Shown: in pieces, positions 29,369-39,240 of the stretch
How positions within the stretch are numbered: position 1 is the first letter of the stretch
Layout of the letters: each line of letters opens with the position of its first letter
Source: Candidatus Woesearchaeota archaeon
GTDB taxonomy: Archaea; Nanobdellota; Nanobdellia; Pacearchaeales; GW2011-AR1
Length of the DNA stretch: 64,000 nucleotides
Assembly: GCA_964406515.1 (NCBI GenBank)
Contig: CAYORV010000001.1
Location: forward strand, 33,956 to 97,955
Direction of reading: 5' to 3'
The notes under the pieces: generated by a model
Database searches by the model: none
What the model was told of the DNA's origin: nothing
The model's input: the letters and a program-made list of their open reading frames with translations, nothing else
Position numbers and translations under genes: made by a program

Positions 29369-30154
29369 ATGGATTTAGAGATAAAAAATAAAAAAGCCCT
29401 TGTGACTGGTGCAGGAAGAGGGCTTGGAAAATCAATAGCAATTAATTTAGCAAAAGAAGGGGTAAAAGTTGTAGTTGTATCTAGAACAGAATCTTATTTA
29501 AAAGAAGTTCTAGAAGAAATGGGTGGAGAAAACGAAGGGCATTATATGATTGTATGTGATTTAATGGGAGAAGGAGCACCACAAAAAGTTTTTGAAGAAA
29601 TTAAAGAAAAATTTGGAGAACCAGATATTTTAGTAAATAATTTAGGTGGAGTATTAGATATCAGAGACCCTTTTTGTTCATTAGATGATTGGAAGAAGAC
29701 CTATAGAATTAATTTGGAAGTTGCTATTGAGTTAAATAATTTAGTTATACCTTATATGGAAAGTAAAGGGTGGGGACGAATTGTTAATGTTTCTTCAACT
29801 GCAGGAATGGAAAATAATGGTCCAATAACTTACTGCACAATGAAAGCGGCTCTTACAGCATATACTCGATCTTTAGGAAGAGTTTTAGCAAAATCAGGGA
29901 TTGTGATGTCGGCTATTATGCCAGGAGCAGTCCTCACAAAAGGGGGCGATTGGGATAAAGTGTTGAAGGAAAGACCAGAACATGCAGAAAAATATCTAGC
30001 TGAAAGATGTCCTATGGGAAAATTTGGAGAACCCGATGATATAGGAACTATGGTAACCATATTATGCTCAAAACAAGCAAAATTTTGTCAGGGATCGATT
30101 TTTCCAGTAGATGGAGGACAAAGTAGACATTATTTTTGGACACGAGATGACTGA
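29369..30154 (+). CDS. Short-chain dehydrogenase/reductase
   Basis: TGAGRGLG; VNN; YCTMK; VDGG. Confidence 0.9.
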   Translation: MDLEIKNKKALVTGAGRGLGKSIAINLAKEGVKVVVVSRTESYLKEVLEEMGGENEGHYMIVCDLMGEGAPQKVFEEIKEKFGEPDILVNNLGGVLDIRDPFCSLDDWKKTYRINLEVAIELNNLVIPYMESKGWGRIVNVSSTAGMENNGPITYCTMKAALTAYTRSLGRVLAKSGIVMSAIMPGAVLTKGGDWDKVLKERPEHAEKYLAERCPMGKFGEPDDIGTMVTILCSKQAKFCQGSIFPVDGGQSRHYFWTRDD

Positions 30155-30178
30155 AATTAAAAAACAAAACTAAACAAA

Positions 30179-31969
30179 ATGAAATTATCAGATTATGTTG
30201 CAGAATTTTTAGCTAAACAAGAAGTGAAACATGTATTTGGAATAACCGGAGGAGCAATAGTACATATTTTTGATTCTTTAGGAAAAAGAGAGGACATTTC
30301 ATATATTTGTCCACAGCATGAACAAGCAGCTGCAATGGCTGCAGATGCATATGCAAGAATTACAGGAAATTTAGGGGTGGCAATAGCTACAACAGGCCCA
30401 GGAGCAACAAATTTAATCACGGGAGTTGCTTGTGCTTATTTTGATTCTATCCCAACACTTTTCATAACAGGGCAAGTAGCAAGATTTAGATTAAATAAAG
30501 ATAAAAAAGCAAGACAAATCGGGTTTCAAGAAATTGATGTGGTAAGTATGTTTAAACCAATAACAAAATATGCTGTTCTTGTTGAAGATCCAAAAAAAAT
30601 AAGATATGAATTAGAAAAAGCAGTTTATTTGGCAAAATCTGGAAGGCCTGGTTCTGTATTAGTGGATATTCCAGATGATGTGCAAAGAGAAGAAATTAAT
30701 CCAGATGAATTATCCTCTTATGTTCCGGAAAAAGAAATTAGAAGTGATAAAGAATTAGATAGGCAAATTGAGGAATGTATCTCTTTAATTAAAAAAGCAA
30801 AAAGACCAATAATCATCCCGGGAGCAGGAGTTAAATTAGGGAAGGTTCAAGAAGAAACAAAAAAATTTATTGAGAAACTTAATTTTCCAGTTGCACTAAC
30901 CTGGGCAACACTAGATATGTATTCATATGATGACCCCATTAATGCTGGGGGTTTTGGAATAACTTCTCCAAGAACAGGAAATTTCGCTGTACAGAATTCA
31001 GATTTAATTATTGCACTTGGTTCAAAATTAGATACGCACCATACAGGAACTCCAATAAATACTTTTGCACGAGAAGCCAAAAAAATAGTTTTAGACATTG
31101 ATAAAAGTGAATTAGATAAATTTGAAAAGTATGGTGTGGAAGTTGATATTTTAATTAACTCGGATATTAAACCTTTCATAAATAAAATAAATGAAAAAAT
31201 AGAAAATATAGAAACACAAGATGTTTCTGAATGGATTAAAAAAATAGGAGAATGGAAAGAAAAATACAAGGCATACCAAAAAAAAGACTTTGATATAGAA
31301 GATTCTCTCGATGCTTATATTTTCTTAGATGAACTATCAGAACAATCTTCTGAAGGAGATATAATTATCCCTGATGCTGGGGGGAATTTAACTCAAACTT
31401 TTGCAGGATATAGACCAAAACAAAACCAAACAATCTTCAGCGCTTTTAATAATTCTCCAATGGGTTATTCACTTCCTGCAAGTATTGGGGCTTGTTTTGC
31501 AAATGAGAAGAAACAAGTAATTTGTATAATTGGTGATGGAGGAATCCAAATGAATATACAAGAATTAGCAACTATTGTCAAACATAAATTGCCAATAAAA
31601 ATCTTTGTTTTTAACAATAAAGGGTATGGTATGATAAAACAAACCCAAGATGATTGGCTTAGTTCAAATTATCAAGCATCTTCTACTGAAGGGGGAGTAG
31701 CAATACCTAATTTTGTAGAAATTGCAAACGCTTATGGATTAAAAACAGAAAAAATATCTAATTATCAAGAATTAAAATCAAAGATGAGGGCTATTTTAGA
31801 TAGTGAAGAAGCTATCCTTTGCGACGTCAATATTTCGAAAGATCAAAGAACAATACCAATGCTAAAATTTGGGAGACCTATAGAAGATTCAAAACCCCTA
31901 TTAGATAGAAAAGAATTTCTTGAAAACATGATTGTTAAACCTTTAGATGCTTCTTTAGAAGAAGAGTAA
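30179..31969 (+). CDS. ThDP-dependent acetolactate-synthase-like enzyme (YerE-like by context)
   Basis: HEQAAAMAADAY; TTGPGATN; GFQE; GDGG...NN; sugar-locus context and no adjacent IlvH/IlvC. Confidence 0.8.
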   Translation: MKLSDYVAEFLAKQEVKHVFGITGGAIVHIFDSLGKREDISYICPQHEQAAAMAADAYARITGNLGVAIATTGPGATNLITGVACAYFDSIPTLFITGQVARFRLNKDKKARQIGFQEIDVVSMFKPITKYAVLVEDPKKIRYELEKAVYLAKSGRPGSVLVDIPDDVQREEINPDELSSYVPEKEIRSDKELDRQIEECISLIKKAKRPIIIPGAGVKLGKVQEETKKFIEKLNFPVALTWATLDMYSYDDPINAGGFGITSPRTGNFAVQNSDLIIALGSKLDTHHTGTPINTFAREAKKIVLDIDKSELDKFEKYGVEVDILINSDIKPFINKINEKIENIETQDVSEWIKKIGEWKEKYKAYQKKDFDIEDSLDAYIFLDELSEQSSEGDIIIPDAGGNLTQTFAGYRPKQNQTIFSAFNNSPMGYSLPASIGACFANEKKQVICIIGDGGIQMNIQELATIVKHKLPIKIFVFNNKGYGMIKQTQDDWLSSNYQASSTEGGVAIPNFVEIANAYGLKTEKISNYQELKSKMRAILDSEEAILCDVNISKDQRTIPMLKFGRPIEDSKPLLDRKEFLENMIVKPLDASLEEE

Positions 31970-31980
31970 GTTAATTCAAA

Positions 31981-32637
31981 ATGACAGAAATAAACTTGAT
32001 GGAGAGATATCCTCAAACTAAAAGAAATTTGAGTGAAAGGAGTCAAGAAAAAACAGAAGAAGACAGGGTTATTGCAGGGAAATTTGGGAAAGAATACTTT
32101 GATGGCGATAGAAAATATGGTTATGGGGGCTATAGTTATCATCCAAGATTTTTTTCTGAAGTTGTGGAGGATATGGTAAGACATTATGGACTTTCTGAGG
32201 GAAGCAAAATTCTTGATGTGGGATGTGCTAAAGGATTTATGTTACATGATTTTAAGAGATTGCATCCTGAAATAATTGTGAGAGGTATTGATATTTCTGA
32301 GTATTCTATTGAAAATTCTAAGCCAGAAGTTAGAGAATTTTTAAGTGTCGGAAATGCAAGAGATTTGAGTGAATTTGGAGATGATGAATTTAATTTAGTA
32401 ATCTCAATAAATACTATTCATAATCTTCCTTTAGAAGAATGTAAGCAAGCACTTAAAGAAATTCAAAGAGTTGGAAAAAATTCATTCATTACAGTTGATG
32501 CGTGGAGGGATGATGCTGGAAAAGAAGACATGAATACTTGGAATTTGACAGCAAAAACATTCATGCAAGTAGATGATTGGAAAAATTTATTTGATGGGGT
32601 AGGATATACTGGAGATTATTATTGGTTTATTCCCTGA
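31981..32637 (+). CDS. Class I SAM-dependent methyltransferase
   Basis: LDVGCAKG; GIDIS; YFDGDRKYGYGGY N-terminal motif. Confidence 0.85.
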   Translation: MTEINLMERYPQTKRNLSERSQEKTEEDRVIAGKFGKEYFDGDRKYGYGGYSYHPRFFSEVVEDMVRHYGLSEGSKILDVGCAKGFMLHDFKRLHPEIIVRGIDISEYSIENSKPEVREFLSVGNARDLSEFGDDEFNLVISINTIHNLPLEECKQALKEIQRVGKNSFITVDAWRDDAGKEDMNTWNLTAKTFMQVDDWKNLFDGVGYTGDYYWFIP

Positions 32638-32716
32638 TTTTCATAAGGAATGACAAAAAATAATTTTACTAGTCTTACTACATAAATCTTTATAAATTAA
32701 ATTAATAATAAAATTT

Positions 32717-33331
32717 ATGGAAAAAGAAGAGTTAATCAGCTTTACAAAAGAGATAGAAGAATTGTGGAATCAAGCAAAAATAAGAGCCCCTATTCATCTT
32801 TCTGGAGGAAACGAGGAACAATTAATTGAACTTTTTAGAGAAATAAAAAAGGGGGATTATATTTTTTCAACTTGGCGTTCTCATTACCATTATCTTTTAG
32901 CTGGAGGCTCTAAAGAAAAACTTAAACAAATGATTTTAGATGGGCATAGCATGCATATTAATGATAAAGAATTAAATTTTATTACTTCTTCAATTGTCGC
33001 AGGAACTCCGCCAATAGCTGCAGGAGTTGCCCTTGCTTTGAAAAAGAAAGGGAGCGACAAGCATGTTTGGTGCTTTATAGGGGATGGTGCAGAAGATGAA
33101 GGACATGTATATGAAGCAATACGATATGTGGATGGGCATAATTTACCTTGTACTTTTGTAATAGAGGATAATAATCGGGCTGTTGAAACACCCAAAAATG
33201 AAAGATATGGGAGTTCAGAAATGCCTTGGCCCAAATGTGTAAAAAGATATCATTATGTTCCAACTTATCCTCATTTAGATAATGGAGCATGGGTTAATTT
33301 TTCAGGTCAAAAAGCAGGAGGCTTATTATGA
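32717..33331 (+). CDS. Short ThDP-binding E1-alpha-like subunit
   Basis: HLSGGNE; STWRSH; GDGAEDEG...EDNN. Confidence 0.8.
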   Translation: MEKEELISFTKEIEELWNQAKIRAPIHLSGGNEEQLIELFREIKKGDYIFSTWRSHYHYLLAGGSKEKLKQMILDGHSMHINDKELNFITSSIVAGTPPIAAGVALALKKKGSDKHVWCFIGDGAEDEGHVYEAIRYVDGHNLPCTFVIEDNNRAVETPKNERYGSSEMPWPKCVKRYHYVPTYPHLDNGAWVNFSGQKAGGLL

Positions 33332-34872
33332 AATATAAAGATGCTTTAATAAAATCTATGAATATGCTTGCAGAAGATAAAAATACAATTTTTTTAGGAT
33401 ATAATCTTAATTTTGGTACAAAATGTTATGGTACCTTGGAAGGAATTTCTAATGAACAAAGGTTGGAAACACCTTTGGCAGAAAATTTAATGACAGGCCT
33501 ATGTACAGGATTAGCATTAGAAGGATTTAGACCAGTTTTATTTTTTGAAAGGCATGATTATATTTTACTGGCCCTTGATGCCATAGTAAATCATTTAGGC
33601 AAATTAAAGGAAATGACTAATGGACAATTCAAAGCTCCAGTTATAATTAGAGCAACAGTAGGTTCTTCAAAACCAATTCATCCAGGCCCTCAACATATAC
33701 AAGATTTTTCAGAAGAATTAAAGAAAATGATATCTTTTCCAGTTTATGAACCAAAAAATTCACAAGAAGTATTAGACGTTTATGAAAAAATAAAAAACAT
33801 TGAAACTCCTGTATTAATTCTAGAAAGAAAAGAACTGTATGGGCAAGATACATCTGTATCTGGTGAAGAAAAAGAAATTAAACAAAAAGTTTTAGTTACA
33901 GGAGGAGCAGGTTATGTTGGAAGTGTTTTAGTTCCAAATCTTTTAGAAAAAGGCTATGAAGTCAGGGTTTTAGATTCTATGCTTTTTAGCTCACAAGGTT
34001 TAGATTCTGTAAAAGATAAATGTGAAATTGTGGAAGGAGATATAAGAGATTATAATTTGGTAGAAAAATGTTTAGAAGATATAGATTTTGTTATTCATCT
34101 TGCAGCAATTTCTAATGACCCTTGTTCTGATTTAGATCCAGAACTAACAAAGCAAGTTAATTTTGAAGCCACTAAAAATTTAGTTAAATTATCAAAAGAA
34201 AAAAAGGTTAAAAGATTTATTTATGCGTCAAGTAGCAGTGTTTATGGAATCAAACAAGATCCAAATGTTACAGAAGATCTACCTTTAGATCCCTTGACAA
34301 TTTATTCTAAAACAAAAGAATGGTCAGAACAGGTTGTAAGGCAAAGCAATGATAATGACTTTACAGCAGTAGTTCTAAGACCTGCTACAGTTTGTGGATA
34401 TTCTCCAAGAATGCGTTTGGATTTAACAGTAAATATTCTAACAGACCATGCAATTAACAAGGGAAAAATAACAGTTTTTGGAGGATCTCAAAAAAGGCCA
34501 AATATCCATATAGAAGATATAACTAATTATTACATAGAATTATTAAAAATTCCTAAAGAGAAAATAGCTGGAGAAACATTTAATGCAGGCTATGAAAACC
34601 ACACAGTTATTGAAATTGCAGAAATGATAAAAGAAATTATTGGAAACAACGTGACAATTGAGAGAACAGAATCAGATGATTTAAGATCTTATCATATTTC
34701 CTCTGAAAAAATAAAAAAGATGTTAGGTTTAGCTCCAAAAAAGACAATAAAAGATGCGGTAAGTGATTTGAAAATTGCTTTTGAAAAAGGACTTATCCCA
34801 AACCCCTTAGACTCTAATTATAAAAATATTGAAAAAATGAAAGAGATTGGGATAGAAAATTTAACAGAATAA
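33328..34872 (+). CDS. Fusion: E1-beta/transketolase pyrimidine-binding domain plus NDP-sugar epimerase/dehydratase
   Basis: ETPLAEN and GPQH; from about 33880 VTGGAGYVG, AAISNDP, YSKTK and RMRLDL. Confidence 0.8.
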   Translation: MKYKDALIKSMNMLAEDKNTIFLGYNLNFGTKCYGTLEGISNEQRLETPLAENLMTGLCTGLALEGFRPVLFFERHDYILLALDAIVNHLGKLKEMTNGQFKAPVIIRATVGSSKPIHPGPQHIQDFSEELKKMISFPVYEPKNSQEVLDVYEKIKNIETPVLILERKELYGQDTSVSGEEKEIKQKVLVTGGAGYVGSVLVPNLLEKGYEVRVLDSMLFSSQGLDSVKDKCEIVEGDIRDYNLVEKCLEDIDFVIHLAAISNDPCSDLDPELTKQVNFEATKNLVKLSKEKKVKRFIYASSSSVYGIKQDPNVTEDLPLDPLTIYSKTKEWSEQVVRQSNDNDFTAVVLRPATVCGYSPRMRLDLTVNILTDHAINKGKITVFGGSQKRPNIHIEDITNYYIELLKIPKEKIAGETFNAGYENHTVIEIAEMIKEIIGNNVTIERTESDDLRSYHISSEKIKKMLGLAPKKTIKDAVSDLKIAFEKGLIPNPLDSNYKNIEKMKEIGIENLTE

Positions 34873-34912
34873 CACCATAATTTTTATAAATTAAAATAAG
34901 TAAAGCCATTAT

Positions 34913-35311
34913 ATGGAAAAAGATCTTTTAAACCAAGAATTAGATAAAAATGCTGTAAAGACTTGTTTAGATACTATCAAACTTGTAACAACATGGCAGG
35001 TAAATCCTTCTCCTGCAGAAGAATTAAAAGAAGGACAAGCAATTTTAGCTTACTCTTTTGGAATAGGTAAAAGAAGGGATGGGCAAGAAGAGAGAGAAGA
35101 TCCTTCAAAGATACGATACTCTCATAAAGTTTATTCTCCGGGCTTAAGTAATATTAAATTGGCAAGAAGTATTTCAAATCTTCATCATAAGGGGGGATTG
35201 AATGTCCCAACATTTGTTCAATGGGAAATTGGAGAAGCCCTACAAGAAATAGCTTCAAGGATCCACAATGTTTTTTTTAAAAAAACTCTGGCAGTAAAAG
35301 ATTTTGATTAA
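34913..35311 (+). CDS. Hypothetical protein, possibly C-terminally truncated
   Basis: Has its own TATA-like box; AYSFG, PGLSN and QWEI blocks; ends just after T8/A8 runs. Confidence 0.5.
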   Translation: MEKDLLNQELDKNAVKTCLDTIKLVTTWQVNPSPAEELKEGQAILAYSFGIGKRRDGQEEREDPSKIRYSHKVYSPGLSNIKLARSISNLHHKGGLNVPTFVQWEIGEALQEIASRIHNVFFKKTLAVKDFD

Positions 35312-35314
35312 AAA

Positions 35315-36505
35315 ATGAAAGAGGAGTTAAATAAGAAACAAATTGTGTTCATTGAACCAAAACCAACTGTGACTATGTATCGTGTAGCGAGGAGCTTAAA
35401 ACAAACAGGAAAATATGAAACGATTCTTTTTTCTTTTTCTGAACTTGATAGAGAATTTTATGAAAAAGCTTATGATAAAATTTTTATTTTAGATTTAAGT
35501 CATAAAATTAAAACCAAAGATTTATTTGATTTTTCTAAAAGGATATTAAATGGGAAAGTTAAATCATTTCTTGAAAAAATAAAGAAAATGAGGCCATATC
35601 TTTTTAATATTACTGGACCAGATTTATTCGTTTTTATGGCAATGTCTTCTTTGATAAAAAATCCGAGTCCAAAGATTTATTATCCTAATGATATTTGGGG
35701 GGCACTTAAAAAAAATTACTTTTTTACAAAAGAATTTTGGATAAAGGGGGAATTTCAAAAATTCTTTGAAAAGATTTGTTTTAAAATGGCTGATGGAGTT
35801 CTAAATAAAGGAGCTCCACAACACTTAGATTTGTTGAATTATAGTATAAGTGTTCCAAGGATGGCCCTTCCTTCTTATTGCCTTGATGCTTGGATGTTTC
35901 CTCCAAGAAAAAAGAAAAATAAAGAGATTCATGTTGCTTTTGGGGCGAGCCCAGCACATCCATTATTCTTGGGTGAATTGTCCCACATAGAAATTATAAA
36001 AACCATCACTTCACAGAAGATTCACCTTCATACATATGGGCCTTGTTTTGATGAAAAAGAAAATAAAATCTTTGTTAAAGAATCAAAAAAGAACAAATAT
36101 TATCATTTTCATGGGCTAGTAAAACCTGGTGTGTTAAATAAAGAAATGTCAAAATACAATTATGGTATTTTTTTATTCTTTATGGATCCTGTAAAGGGAA
36201 TCCCATTCACAAAATTAGCAAAACCCATGCTTAATTCAAAGATGATAAACTATCTTGAATCAGGATTGCCAATAATTATAAACAAACAATATGAATATAT
36301 GGCTGGAATAATTGAAAAACATGGTCTAGGGTTGGCAATAGATGCTGAAGATTTAAAAAATCTCAGGAAGATTCTGGAACAAAAAGATTATTCTCAATTT
36401 CAAAAAAATATTAAAAAGTTTCAAAAAGAATTTTGCTTGAGTAAAAAAATAAAAGAAATAGAAGCATTTTATGATAAGATTGTGAAAATTAAAACTCCTT
36501 CTTGA
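35315..36505 (+). CDS. Divergent GT-B glycosyltransferase-like protein
   Basis: SKMINYLESGLPII matches the GT-B C-terminal K..EY...GLPI signature. Confidence 0.6.
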   Translation: MKEELNKKQIVFIEPKPTVTMYRVARSLKQTGKYETILFSFSELDREFYEKAYDKIFILDLSHKIKTKDLFDFSKRILNGKVKSFLEKIKKMRPYLFNITGPDLFVFMAMSSLIKNPSPKIYYPNDIWGALKKNYFFTKEFWIKGEFQKFFEKICFKMADGVLNKGAPQHLDLLNYSISVPRMALPSYCLDAWMFPPRKKKNKEIHVAFGASPAHPLFLGELSHIEIIKTITSQKIHLHTYGPCFDEKENKIFVKESKKNKYYHFHGLVKPGVLNKEMSKYNYGIFLFFMDPVKGIPFTKLAKPMLNSKMINYLESGLPIIINKQYEYMAGIIEKHGLGLAIDAEDLKNLRKILEQKDYSQFQKNIKKFQKEFCLSKKIKEIEAFYDKIVKIKTPS

Positions 36506-36520
36506 GATTTATATACTTCA

Positions 36521-36539
36521 CCTAATAAATCTTTAAAAA
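36521..36539 (+). promoter_or_regulatory. Extended TATA promoter motif (variant)
   Basis: CCTAATAAATCTTTAAAAA, 21 nt before ATG 36561. Confidence 0.55.
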
Positions 36540-36560
36540 CTATCTTCAAAATAAAACTTC

Positions 36561-38771
36561 ATGGAAATCTTGGATAATTTCTCCGACAAAAATTATACAA
36601 CTAGGGAAACATGTAGGGTTTGTGGTTCAGAAAATTTAACTCCTCTTTTTTCATTAGGAGATTTATATATTTCTACTTTTGTTAAAAATCCTTACGAGAG
36701 CATTGGAAAGGCTCCTCTTGAATTAGTATGGTGTGAAAATTGTACATTAGTACAGCTTAAGCATACTGCACCCCAAGAACTTATGTATTCAAAGCATTAT
36801 TGGTATCATTCTAAATTAAATAAGGTTATTGTAGAGGATTTAAGAGAAATAACAGAGATTGCTAATAAAATGGTTGACCTAAAAGAAGGAGATGTTATTC
36901 TTGACATTGGAGCGAATGACGGAACATTGTTGAGTTTTTATCCTTCAAGATACCTTCGAGTTGGATGTGAACCTGCAACAAATTTAATTGAAGATATGAG
37001 AAAACATTGTAATATTGCGATGAATGACTTCTGGACTTATGAGAATTACAAAAATGCTGTTGGAGAAAGAAAAGCAAAAATAATTACTGCTATTGGAATG
37101 TTTTATGATATGGAGGATCCAAATCAGTTTATCCGTGATTCTGCCGAGGCACTTGAAGAAGATGGTGTTTTTATTGCTCAATTGATGACTTCAAAAAAAA
37201 TGTTAGAACAAAATGATATAGGGAATATTTGCCATGAGCATATTGAATATTATTCTTACGAGTCTCTTAAATATCTTTTTGAAAAAAATGGTTTAGAAAT
37301 ATTTAAGGTTGAAGAAAATGCGATTAATGGAGGAAGTTATAGATTGTTTGCAAGAAAATACAAAACAGGAAGTGTTCATTATCCTGAAAACATAACTAAA
37401 GAAAATTATTTAGATTTTGCCAAGAAAATAGAAGAAAACAGACAAAATTGTTTGAATTTACTCAATGAACTCAATAAGCAAGGTAAAAAAATCTATGGTT
37501 ATGGAGCCTCTACAAAAGGGAATACAATTCTCCAATATTATGGTATAGGTACTGGTTTGATTAAAGGAATTGCAGAAATAAGTGAAGAAAAATTTGGCAA
37601 ATATACTGTTGGATCAGGAATTCCAATAATTGAGGAAAAAGAAGCAAAAAAAGATGCAGATTATTTTTTAATCTTGCCTTATGCATTTAGAGATTCTTTT
37701 ATTGAAAAAGAGCAGGAATGGATTAAGAATGGAGGAAAATTTATTTTTGCTTTGCCAGAAGTAGAAATTTATCCTAAGGAAGATTTTGAAAAAAAGAAAA
37801 AAGCTTTAATTTTGGGAATTACTGGGCAGGATGGAAGTTATCTTGCAGAATTTCTTTTAGAAAAAGGATATGAAGTTCATGGGATGATAAGAAAATCTGC
37901 TACAGGAAATACAAAAAATATAAAGCATATTATGGGCAAGATTGTTCTGCATAAGGGGAACTTAACAGACCCTGTTTCAATTTATAAAATCATTGATGAC
38001 GTTAGACCTGAAGAGATTTATAATGAAGCCGATCAAGATCACGTAAGTTGGAGTTTTGATATGGCAGGTTATAGTTATGATGTTACAGGGGCTGCTGTTG
38101 GGAGAATTCTTGAAATAATAAAACAAATTAATCCTAAAATAAAATATTTTCAACCTTTATCATCAAATATTTTTGGAATTCCTGAAGAGACACCCCAGAC
38201 AGAAGAAACTAATGTAAGGCCTCAGAGCCCATATGCTTGTGGAAAAGTGTTAGCCCAAGTTTTGTGTAAATATTATCGGGATGTTTATGGTATGTTTATT
38301 TCTACTGCAATTTTCTACAATCACGAATCTCCAAGAAGAACAGAAGATTATGTGACACATAAAATTACTAAAGCTGCTGTTAAAATCTCAAAAGGATTGC
38401 AAAAAAAATTATCTTTGGGAGATTTATCGACAAGGGTTGATTTTGGTTATGCTCCAGAATACATGGAAGCTGCATGGAATATGATGCAATTAGATAAACC
38501 AGATGATTTTATTATATGTACTGGCGAGACCCATACTGTTCAAGAATTTTTGCAAGAAGCATTTAAAGAAGTGGGATTAAATGCGGATGATTATGTTGAG
38601 TATGACAAACAATTTGAAAGGCCTGGAAAAACAGGAGATCTGATTGGAGATTATTCTAAAGCAAATAGGGCTTTTGGATTTACTCCACGAACTAAATTTA
38701 AAGAGATTGTAAGGATGTTAATTAAAAATGATTTAAAGGAAGTTGAGAGGGAAATGCAGGAAAATGATTGA
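36561..38771 (+). CDS. Fusion: NDP-hexose C3-methyltransferase plus GDP-mannose 4,6-dehydratase-like domain
   Basis: CRVC...CENC zinc site, DIGANDG, CHEHIEYYS and YGASTKG; from about 37795 [15 protein letters not shown] and NHESPRR. Confidence 0.85.
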   Translation: MEILDNFSDKNYTTRETCRVCGSENLTPLFSLGDLYISTFVKNPYESIGKAPLELVWCENCTLVQLKHTAPQELMYSKHYWYHSKLNKVIVEDLREITEIANKMVDLKEGDVILDIGANDGTLLSFYPSRYLRVGCEPATNLIEDMRKHCNIAMNDFWTYENYKNAVGERKAKIITAIGMFYDMEDPNQFIRDSAEALEEDGVFIAQLMTSKKMLEQNDIGNICHEHIEYYSYESLKYLFEKNGLEIFKVEENAINGGSYRLFARKYKTGSVHYPENITKENYLDFAKKIEENRQNCLNLLNELNKQGKKIYGYGASTKGNTILQYYGIGTGLIKGIAEISEEKFGKYTVGSGIPIIEEKEAKKDADYFLILPYAFRDSFIEKEQEWIKNGGKFIFALPEVEIYPKEDFEKKKKALILGITGQDGSYLAEFLLEKGYEVHGMIRKSATGNTKNIKHIMGKIVLHKGNLTDPVSIYKIIDDVRPEEIYNEADQDHVSWSFDMAGYSYDVTGAAVGRILEIIKQINPKIKYFQPLSSNIFGIPEETPQTEETNVRPQSPYACGKVLAQVLCKYYRDVYGMFISTAIFYNHESPRRTEDYVTHKITKAAVKISKGLQKKLSLGDLSTRVDFGYAPEYMEAAWNMMQLDKPDDFIICTGETHTVQEFLQEAFKEVGLNADDYVEYDKQFERPGKTGDLIGDYSKANRAFGFTPRTKFKEIVRMLIKNDLKEVEREMQEND

Positions 38772-39240
38772 GTTAAATGGGAAAAAAGAAAAAATAGTTA
38801 TGGTTAGTGGGGGATTTGATCCATTGCATTTGGGACACTTGCTTTCTTTTCAAGCAGCTAAAAGATTAGGTGATAAGCTTGTAGTAGTTATTGATGGAGA
38901 TGAATATTTAATAAAAAAGAGAGGGCATGTTTTTATGCCGATTGAAGATAGAATTGCCATAATAAGGGAGTTGGAGTGTGTAGATGATGTAATTACTATG
39001 GGTGATGGGGATCTTAGTGAAACAATCTTGCATATGAAACCAGATATCTTTGCAAACGGAGGAGATAAAAATCTTTTAGAAAAAATTCCTTCCTCTGAAA
39101 TAGAGGCCTGTGAAAAAGTAGGATGTAAAATTATTTTTAATGTTGGTGGAGGAAACAAATTGAGATCAAGTTCTGAATTATTAGATAGGTGGGTGACATT
39201 AAATAAAAATAAACTAATTAAAAATGAAGAAAGATTTTGA
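38764..39240 (+). CDS. Cytidylyltransferase-like (HxGH) protein
   Basis: SGGFDPLHLGH; FANGGD; KLRSSS; start placed at MIEL. Confidence 0.85.
   Translation: MIELNGKKEKIVMVSGGFDPLHLGHLLSFQAAKRLGDKLVVVIDGDEYLIKKRGHVFMPIEDRIAIIRELECVDDVITMGDGDLSETILHMKPDIFANGGDKNLLEKIPSSEIEACEKVGCKIIFNVGGGNKLRSSSELLDRWVTLNKNKLIKNEERF

Noticed and set aside
30179..33880. Housekeeping acetolactate synthase and pyruvate dehydrogenase
   Set aside because: E1 subunits are shortened and one is fused to an epimerase; no E2, E3, IlvH or IlvC nearby
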